From: Utricularia gibba
Lineage: Eukaryota; Plantae; Magnoliophyta
Assembly (NCBI GenBank): GCA_002189035.1
Contig: CM007990.1
Span: 62,001 to 126,000 of the forward strand
Reading direction: 5' to 3'
DNA: 64,000 nucleotides
A model generated the notes under the pieces. It was not told the DNA's origin, did no database searches, and saw nothing but the letters and a program-made list of their open reading frames with translations. The position numbers were made by a program, and so were the translations under genes. Of this stretch, positions 55,133 to 64,000 are shown one piece after another (position 1 is the first letter of the stretch; every line of letters begins with the position of its first letter).

Positions 55133-57371
55133 ATGGAGCTCCAAGCTCAGTTGCTCTCTTCACGCGATTTCAATGGCCCTCTGCCGTACCGTGGAAACCA
55201 ATCGGAGTTTCCGATCTCCGCCACACGCCAATCTTCTGGTGAGACGGCGGAGTCGGAACGTGTTGAAGCTGAGGTCATCGATAAGGATTATGTCGCCGCG
55301 GGCGCTCCGTCTCTCGCGGCTACGAGACTTCAGAAGGCTTATCGAGGTTACCGTACCCGGCGCATGTTAGCCGACTCTGCCGTCATTGCGGAAGAACTCT
55401 GGTGCGCTGAATTTTTCTGTTTCCTTCTCCGTCGAATTCATTGCGATTCGTGTTTTTTCTGTTTCTGAGTGTGATCCTTCTTAAATATGGGAAATCGAAG
55501 GTGGCAGTTGTTGGATTTTGCGCGACTGAATCGCAGTACGATATCGTTTTTCAATTTCTTGAAGCCAGAAACAATTCCGTCGCGATGGAATCGCGTTAGC
55601 CTGAATGCTTCCAAGGTATTCGATGCTTGTTCTCAGCCAATTTCTATTCTGATAGTGCGCATCTATGAATACCAAAAAAGCATGTAATAGGTTGGCAAGG
55701 GTTTGTGCGAAGATGCCAGGGCTCAAAAGTTGGCTTTTCAACATTGGATCGAGGCGGTGAGTTTCCCCTGGTTTCTTTACGTGCTCTATTTCGATATTTT
55801 GCATTTATGAGTTGATTTTTGATTGGTCTTCACTTGGTGTAGATTGATCCGAGGCACCGGTATGGGCACGGCCTGCACTATTATTTTAACGAGTGGTGTT
55901 GTGCAAGTTCAGGTCAACCGTTCTTCTACTGGTATGCGCACAGAGTACTTGCCCGATCTTAATAAGATGCTGGTTTCATATTGTTGGGATGGCTGTGTTT
56001 TGATTACCTCAGTAGTTACATCGTTGACTTGATGGCAAGATCATTGATTTGCTACAATACAGGTTGGATGTTGGAGACGGCAAGGAAGTTGATCTCAACG
56101 AGTGGCCAAGATCAAAGCTTCGTCGACAGTGCATCAAGTATCTTGGTCCTGTACGCGAAAACACATGCCATTAGTTGCTATAAATTTATTTTCCGTTTTG
56201 GCCTTGTCTTTTGATCGTATTTAAAATCTTCTTCATACTATGTTCTCCCTTTGGAATGCTTCCCTTGGCTTAGACGGTGATCTTATTTGATCAGAATGAG
56301 AGGGAGCATTATGAATACATTGTGGCGGATGGAAAGCTTTCACATAAACTAAGCGGTGAGTTTCTCAACACACACCGTGAACCATCAACAGTTTCAAAAT
56401 GGATATTCGTGTTGAGCACCTCAAAAAGGCTGTATGCTGGAAAGGTATGTTCTTCTTACCTACTGAGTTCTGTTACTTCTGTACACTCAAATAATCACAT
56501 TTTCATCATCACCAGAAGAAGAAAGGTCTTTTCCATCACTCCAGCTTTTTAGCCGGAGGAACTACTCTGGCTTCCGGAAGGCTTGATGTGGAGGACGGGG
56601 TTCTCAAGGTACTGTCACTTTGATATCCCTAAGTTTTGTAACCATCTTTTAGCTCATGTGTACAAAATATTCTCTAAATACACAAGACCTTATCTTCCTT
56701 GGATACAATTCTCAGTGCATCTCAGGCTACAGCGGTCACTACCGGCCGACTGAAGAAAGCCTTGATGGTTTTTTATCATTTCTCAAGGAAAATGGAGCTA
56801 GCCTTGAGGAAGTACAGGTACTATATACGGCAAGGCCAATAGAGCCAGCGTCTACATCTCTATTTATGAACCGTGGTCCAATCTGCTGCAAAAAAAAAAA
56901 AAAAAAAACACCTTGATTTGGTTTATCATGGTTCAAAGTCCAGCTTCAAACTGAATGAACACTTCTTCTGTGGCTCCTCCTCCTCGTCAGATTGTCAGAG
57001 GAACTGAGGAATATGAGAGCACGGAAATCTGCAACCTGCTCAATGAAGCTGTAGCTTCTGAAGATCCTACTACTCCACAATCTGATGACCCCGGCGATGC
57101 TGGCAAAAGAAGTCTTTCTGGTGGACTTCGAAGCCCCAAACCGGAGGTGCCGCGGAGTGAAGTACTGCTGAGAATCAGCTCCAAGAATAGTGTAAGATCA
57201 TACCAGCTTGGCCATCAAATATCCACCAGATGGTGCACTGGGGCAGGACCCCGGATCGGTTGTGTGGCGGATTACCCCCTGGAGCTGAGGCGTCAAGCGC
57301 TTGAACTCGCAAGCCTCTCACAAAGTACCACGACCACAGCCATAACCAGATCCTGCGTGTTTACTCCTTAG
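55133..57371 (+). CDS. IQ-motif-containing protein (IQM family, IQM3-like), multi-exon
   Basis: IQ motif [90 protein letters not shown]. Confidence 0.93.
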
Positions 57372-58222
57372 GAAGTCTGTTCATGTGAAATTCACCTCTG
57401 AAAAAACTTCTCAGAAATCAGAATCATAAGGTTCATGCGTAGTCACTTACCCTCCTGGATGAGCTGCGCAAAGACTGCACATGAAAAAGGAGTACCATGT
57501 GATCAACATTATCTTATGAGCATTTACATCAAGAAATAGAGAGAGAGAAATGGAAAATGGCAGGTACGACTCCATCAATGCTGAGATGATGGATGCAAGT
57601 GGCCTTTTTATTTTGTTTTTGGAAAATAATATTTAAATGCCACTATTTATATTTCCTGTTAGGAATAAACACCCCTTTTGGTTTTTATTGAGCCTCCCAC
57701 TTTTGGACATGACGCATTGACGCCTGAATGAAAGCTTCCGCTTTTGGACCCAAAGCAAAAAAAGGGGGTTGGGGAAGATGCGGTGGGAGGGCCCACTTCT
57801 GCGATGACAAGTCACATCAGCACAATATGCACCGGTGAAGGTGAAGATGATGATCCATCCGCCTAGCTGGGTAGCCTTAGGCTTTCGCGCGGCTATCGAA
57901 GACCCAGAATCGGACGGCGTTTGTTCAAAATTTAGTGCTGAAATGGCATTGGCTGCTGTGGGCTGGTCGCCATGCGGGCCGGTGTCTTTGCATGACACCC
58001 TATACGTGGCGTCCTCTCCGATGCCCAATTTGTGACTCGCACTGGCCTGCGTGTGCCCTCCTAACTGGCTACCCCCTTCATCTTCAAAAGGTTTTCCGCA
58101 TCCCTATGCCATCGATGCACTGCTGTTGTTTGTAAAATTGCCCTCGCCCAGATGTAAATGTTTTTGCTTTCTGCTCCCGTTCTCCCCTTCCTTTCAGTGC
58201 CCTGTCCTAGAACCTGCTTGAA

Positions 58223-60108
58223 ATGGAGTATCGGAAGCCTGATCTGAGCGGAAACGTCGAGTGTCGTCAAACGATGGGCATTTGTGAACTGGAGGCAGCG
58301 GAAACTCTAGCGGGCTTGGTTCGTACACACGGTGAAGATTTGGGTCCCCTCTTCATTAAGCGTTGCCGTTTTGATGAACCCATGGTGACTTCTCAGGTGG
58401 GTCTTCAACTATTCCAGCAAAAGTCTCAATCTTGTGGTTTTAATCTTGAAAATGGAGTAGGCTTTTTAACGCTCAATTTTCTTCTAACCGGCTGTTCACT
58501 AGGATCAAGTGCTTCACACAACTGGCCGGCCTTTTCCTGATTGTAACCGAACTGCCAACCTTGAAACTAGTAACCATATCCCTGGACATGTCGCCTTCAA
58601 TATGTGTACCACAAGCCGACAATTCAATACGAGAGGCAGAACAGGTAGAAAATTGACAGAGGTATGCGCATTCATTTGCATTGTGTTGGCTTTGATTTGG
58701 GCGGTTGTTGATGTTTTATTTTTGTACTCAGGCCGAGCAGGAAGAACGAAGGATGCGTCGTGTGCTGGCTAATAGAGAATCAGCTAGGCAGACAATTATC
58801 CGCAAACAGGTATTCATGGTTTGGGCATCCTGACCCTTTTTGTTGTTTATGGCCTTTTTATAGTTGTCTGTTGTTAGTGGGAAGCATGATCTGGTGAACT
58901 GCTCTGCTTTCTATTTTGTGTTTCTTTTTTTGAGTTGTGGCCAAGGGGGCAATGAAGGGGTTTGGGTCGAAGATGGTAACCTTATTGATCATTGTCTGTT
59001 CACGAAAATTGGTAATTAGTTAGAGACTGTTGCAATTGATTGGTTGTTGCTTACTGAATCTTTATGTAAGCGCGTGATACAATTTTGTTGGTATCAGATG
59101 AGGCAATTAATTGGGTGGTAAGGATCCTAATCTGTCAAGTAAGCATGGTGGTAGGTTAGAGAAGTTGTTGTAGGTGATTTGCCATTATTTGCGGAATTCT
59201 TATGTCTTCTGAAATCAGGCTATGTTCGAAGACTTAACTAGAACAGTAGCAATTCTTACAGAGGAGAATAAGAACTTGAAGAAGGTACGTGCCTTGTTTT
59301 TTCTTCGTGATCTCCCTTATTCTCTCTTGCCGTACCCTTGTCCTTGTTGGGGTTTACCCTATATCCTTTTCTGGATCCGTTGAATGTGGTGGTGAGAAGG
59401 CTCAGGAGCTTGCAGTGAACAAGTACGACTCTCTGAAAGATGCAAATGCATGCCTCAAAGATAAGGTAATGCACACAATGTAGCTCTTGAGCGGTTCTCC
59501 TGGAAGTATACATCACCTGGCATCACTCGTTTACAGTTGGCTAAAGTAAGGAAAACGGATCTAGGAGACAAGGGGACAACTCAAGTGGGGTGTTGGCAGC
59601 AAGCTCCGGGTTGGCCCCTATTACCAGCAATTGTAGTTTCTCAAGTGATCAACCTCCTACGTTTCCCCCATATGGACCCCCTTTGGACCCTTTCCGAAAT
59701 GTTAACCAATTCCGGTGTGAACCGTCTCATGTTAACCCTTTTCATGTTCTTGTCCCTCCAACCTCTATTCAACATCCACGAGAAGGCACGGCGGATATTA
59801 GTGGACAAGGAGCTGCTCTTGTTTTCCTCCCCGTCACCTGTTTGCTTCCTTTTGTTGCTCATAGAAGTCCAGTCCACATAAAAAAAGCACTTGACTGTAG
59901 TAGCATACACCCCTCCCGTGGGATTCAACCGGATGAAGCGAGTGGAAATCACTTGTTATCATCAACCCCAATGGGAGGAAATGCACCCCCTGGTTCTTAC
60001 CATGTCGGTCTCAATAAAGGGAAACAACGCCTGGGTACTCCATCTGCAACCGAGGCAAGATGGAGGCGGAAGGAATTGATGAAAATGAGAAACCACCCTC
60101 AGCATTAA
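58223..60108 (+). CDS. bZIP-domain protein (At1g19490-like), multi-exon, with one apparent 1-nt deletion in the last exon
   Basis: ELEAAETLA N-terminal motif, basic region EERRMRRVLANRESARQTIIRKQ, zipper LTEENKNLKK, and C-terminal ATEARWRRKELMKMRN motif. The frame switch lies near 59587-59590. Confidence 0.82.
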
Positions 60109-60429
60109 CAGCCCCTGGTGATCTGGTATGGAGAATTTTGATTTTCTGCTGCTGCTTTTTTCTTCCAGGGAGTTTGCAGTTTGAAATACCCATAACATAT
60201 GATGAGCCTTGTACATATTCATCACTTTGGCTGTTGTGAATCATGGTAGTTTCAAGTTTCATAAGTTTAGTAATGCAGTTTTGGTACAAACCTTGTAGTC
60301 GCTGGGGTGGACGACTGAGAAAGTAGTGATCAAAAGAAATTAGCGTGCATTGCTTACAGTGTCAAGACATGTTTGGGGGATCACTGGCCAATTCTTGAGT
60401 TTGTAGTCCGAACAAATGAGATACAGTTT

Positions 60430-61986
60430 TTAGAGACGAAGAAACTGTCCAATGTTTCTCTGTACAAGCTTAAAAACGGTCCTCCAACCAGCCTGAGTCG
60501 GGTGAACCCCATCCCAGAAGATGAATGCACCTGGGTCGCTGCACACCGTGTACAATGCCGTTCCGTTTGCGTCGACGCTGCCGCATGAGTTCCCCCTTCC
60601 TATCCATTGGCAGCAGGGCCTCAATGGAGCCGTAAAACGCAGGTTCCCTGCATTGCACACAAGCTCTTATGGTCATCATCCGAACGAGTACAACAAAATT
60701 GCATCCACATCCTCGTTGCTCTTCTTTTTTAGTAAACCAAATCTTTACCTTTGTAATCTCTCCCGGTTGTGATCACAGTCTGAAAAGCATGGTAGAAGTC
60801 AAGCAGCAGGAATGTGGGAGTGGAGGTGTTATTGTTGAGTTCGTCCACTGCCTGTCGAAGCAAGGAGTTGTGATAACTGGCAGCCGAATTCGAGTTGTTG
60901 TCACAGCTACTGTATCCCGTCGGTTCAGCCAGACTGGGTAGGCAACCCAAAGGCTCTATTCCGGCCACGATGATCTTCAGGGCACCAAGTTGTTGGATTC
61001 TTTTCAGGTCCGTAACCAGCTGATTCACCACGCTTTGGATGAAGACGGTGATATTCGTCAAGGATCCGCCATTGCGCACGTAAGCGGAGTAGTCGTTTCC
61101 GGCAAGCGTAACGAGAAACGCGGCCGAACGGACGTCGCTGTTGGTGTAGTAGGATGTGGTGAGGAGCTCCTGAAAGAAGTCTATTTGAGAAGTGACGTTG
61201 GGTAGACCAGGGAGTGTCAAGAAAACTCCACTGCCGCCAAAGGCGAAGTTCATTCCGTTTTTGGACCTGTTTGCGCTATCCCGCCGTGCGTATGTTAGCG
61301 GACTGTGAAGCCGCAGGAATTTGGCTGTGCGGAAGCAAAGTGTCAGTAGAGAAGCAAAGCAAGAATTTTGGCAGAAGCAGGGGGTGGGCACTCGGCAGGC
61401 AAGCCGTTACGTGAAGAATTTCATTGGCTCGCCTCTAAAAGCAAAAAGTCAGCCTGGTACATTTCTTTAAGTAAAAGAAAACTTTCCAAAACTTGTAAAA
61501 GCAGGGAAATCAGACGCCTGTGCGAAGTCAAGATGCTACTCTGCTGTTTGTCCGGGGGCTAGTCAGATGAGTTTGTTTCAGTTTCGGAGAAACGTAAAGG
61601 AAAGCAGTTCCAATTATCATCATCATCATCATCTGTGCAAAAAAATGAATATGAGGAGTACCCAAGTAATCGGTGAGGATAATTCCATCGCTGAAGCGGC
61701 CTGCCGGTTTCCCTGGATGCGTGCTCCCGTAGGGTACGCTCCAGGAACCTCCGAACGACCGTGGGAAGTTGCCCGTGTCCGCATACGAGTCCCCGAACAC
61801 AAACAGCTTCCTTGGTTTGAAGCCGTGCAACTCACGGGCACCCACGAACCCTGTCATACATGAAGGCGATATTAGGGTCGTTCTTGCGGAACAGCACACC
61901 AAGATCAACGACGACTAACCGGAGATGGCGACGAGGAGGAGGAGGAGGAGGAGGAAGAGGGAACTCGACGGTGTCGACATAGCCAT
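60430..61986 (-). CDS. GDSL esterase/lipase (At5g03610-like), copy 1, 4 exons
   Basis: Signal peptide, block I LFVFGDSYADTGN, GRFSDG, GMNFAFGGSG, AGNDY, PLGCLP and catalytic FWDGVHPT. Confidence 0.93.
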
Positions 61987-63049
61987 GGAACGCGCGACCT
62001 GAGAAGTTGATGAAAGCAACGCAGTTGGTTGTCTGTTATATAAGCAAGGGAAAAGCAACAAGTGGAAAAACCAAAACACTGGATTTGTATCATTATTTGT
62101 CATCATTAGACACAAGTGACTCAACAAACTGCATCTCAAACCACTAACGTCGGCCTCAGTCCAGCCTGCCGGCTTCATCTCGCCCTTCCTAACTCACTCG
62201 AACATTCAAAGTTGAAAAATTTGGAAGTCGACATTAAAAAAATAAGCAGCGCGTAGTCGCCTCGTGCTTTGCTTGACAGCTGACCCTCCCATTCACATCA
62301 AAGCAGGGTTTCCTCGGGTTTACACTTAAGTCGACATGGTCAAATTACGCAACTTTATAAGTCCAAGGCATCCAATGCCCACCCTTGAGCACCTTGCCTG
62401 CTCTGTATGAGCCATGACACCATTTTGCAGGTTGGGGTAATATGAATATGCGAGTGCTGATACTATTCTGATGGCTTGCCTTTTTTATCCCATCTCCAAC
62501 AGATAAATATGCACCTTGACACGGACGTGATGTCAAGACAAACAGATCATCCATACAACATGTATTGAAGGGTAATCCATCCCATCGGTCCTCCTCCCTC
62601 TACCTTGAAAACGGAAAACCCATTCTGTGTGTGTTCATTTATAGCCAATCAACACAAGTATCTTGTTCAGACGCCCACGTGTTTAACCCATAAATAATTG
62701 GATAGGATGTGAGTGACTTAAGCATCTATACTATCTAATCAAAGAAAAATTAACAAAGGAAGGAACCCACGTGTTGGTATAAATTTCCAAGTTCGTAGTC
62801 CGCCAAACCCACCTCACCTAAACTGGAGAATCTCCAATTCACATCTGGGTTGACAATAAAGACATCATATTCTACTCGTCTGATGAACTTCCAACGCATT
62901 ACAGGGAGCCAACGCTCTCCTCCAATTGCCGGTCGTATCGCAAACGCAAACAGCCGATGCAAGGATGCTTGATAACTGATGCAGAGGCGTTCGAAAAAGG
63001 AAACGGAAAAAACATTTATTTATAATCTAGACATACATCAGGTAGCGGC

Positions 63050-63901
63050 TCAAACTCTAAAGAAGTGCTCGACATCTGTCTGGACAAGTGAGAAGACGGT
63101 CCTCCAACCAGCCTCCGTGGGATGGCTCGAATCCCAGAAGAAAGCCCTGCTCCGATCCGGGCACAACGTGTAATACACTGTTCCATTTGCAGCAGCGGTG
63201 GCGCACGAATGCCCATTTCCCGTTCCTTCACAGCATGGCGTCAACGGAGTCTGGAAGCTCACATCCCCTGCAAGCGCAATCAAAAGTTAATTTCCATTTG
63301 ATAATTGAGTGGTGAAATTTAATCGTTACCTTGATAATCCTTCTTGTTGATGATCACGGTCTCAAAAGCCTTGTACAAGTCAAGGAAAAGGAAGGTGGAA
63401 GTACGGTTGTCAAGCTCCTCTACAGCTTGTTGTAGCAAGGCATTGTGATACCCGACTGCCAAATTCTGAATCTCAATGCAGCTTTTGTATCCTGTCACTG
63501 CCGTCATACGGGGGAGACAGCCCAGAGGCTGTAATCCGACTACAACGATTTTCCGAGCTCCGAGGCGGTGGATTCTCTTCAAATTTGACACGAGCTGGTT
63601 CACCACCCCGGGATGAAGTTCCTAATATCCGCAAGAGATCCGCCAGTGGACATATAAGCCGCGTAGTCGTTCCCGGCGCAGGTTACTAGAACAGCCGAAG
63701 TGTCGAGGACATCCCCGGTGTAGAAACTGTTGGTGAGTAGGAGCTGGAAGAAGTCGATCTGAGCAGTCATATTGGGCAATGTTGGGTATGTGTCGAAAAC
63801 GCCGCTGCCACCGAAGGCGAAGTTCATTCCGTTGGTATACTTGTGAGGCACATAGTTTCTCCATATGTAGCCCAGTGGACTCCTTAGTCCCAAGAACTTT
63901 G
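63050..63901 (-). CDS. GDSL esterase/lipase copy 2 (last two exons; 5' exons beyond the window), with one apparent 1-nt deletion
   Basis: AKFLGLRSP, GMNFAFGGSG, AGNDY, PLGCLP and FWDSSHPT. Frame break at 63606-63609. Confidence 0.88.
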
Positions 63902-64000
63902 CTGCAAAATCCAAAAGAAACTCGTACTTAGTACCACCTTAATGCAATAATCAGTTTAATAATTGAAAATATTATCATTATTTAATAATCAGTTCTGTAA

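Overview
Gene-dense eudicot nuclear DNA. It holds about 22 intron-containing protein genes in 64 kb, most introns are roughly 60-120 bp, intergenic spacers are short, and no transposon ORFs are recognisable. The compactness suggests a miniature genome such as Lentibulariaceae, but that is inference only. Gene order: class I TCP (partial), HIPP, ABCB1, a DUF4079/cytochrome b561-like gene, an MscS-like (MSL) C-terminal remnant, RPA1A, XTH32-like, ZNHIT2, RPS16, CYP97C/LUT1, VPS37, EMC1, a GT47 exostosin, LMI1-like HD-Zip I, cytosolic pyruvate kinase head-to-head with enolase, HD2 deacetylase, DUF868, MDHAR, IQM, a bZIP and two tandem GDSL lipases. The strongest non-obvious signal is a likely IPS1/At4-type phosphate-starvation lncRNA between CYP97C and RPS16. 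It has a bulged miR399 target-mimic site (23889-23911, minus strand) with a TATA box and a P1BS element upstream. Seven apparent frameshifts in six genes are all single-base losses, mostly in G/C runs, which points to long-read consensus errors rather than pseudogenes. Homolog comparisons and Arabidopsis locus IDs are recalled from memory, not searched; exon boundaries were read by eye.
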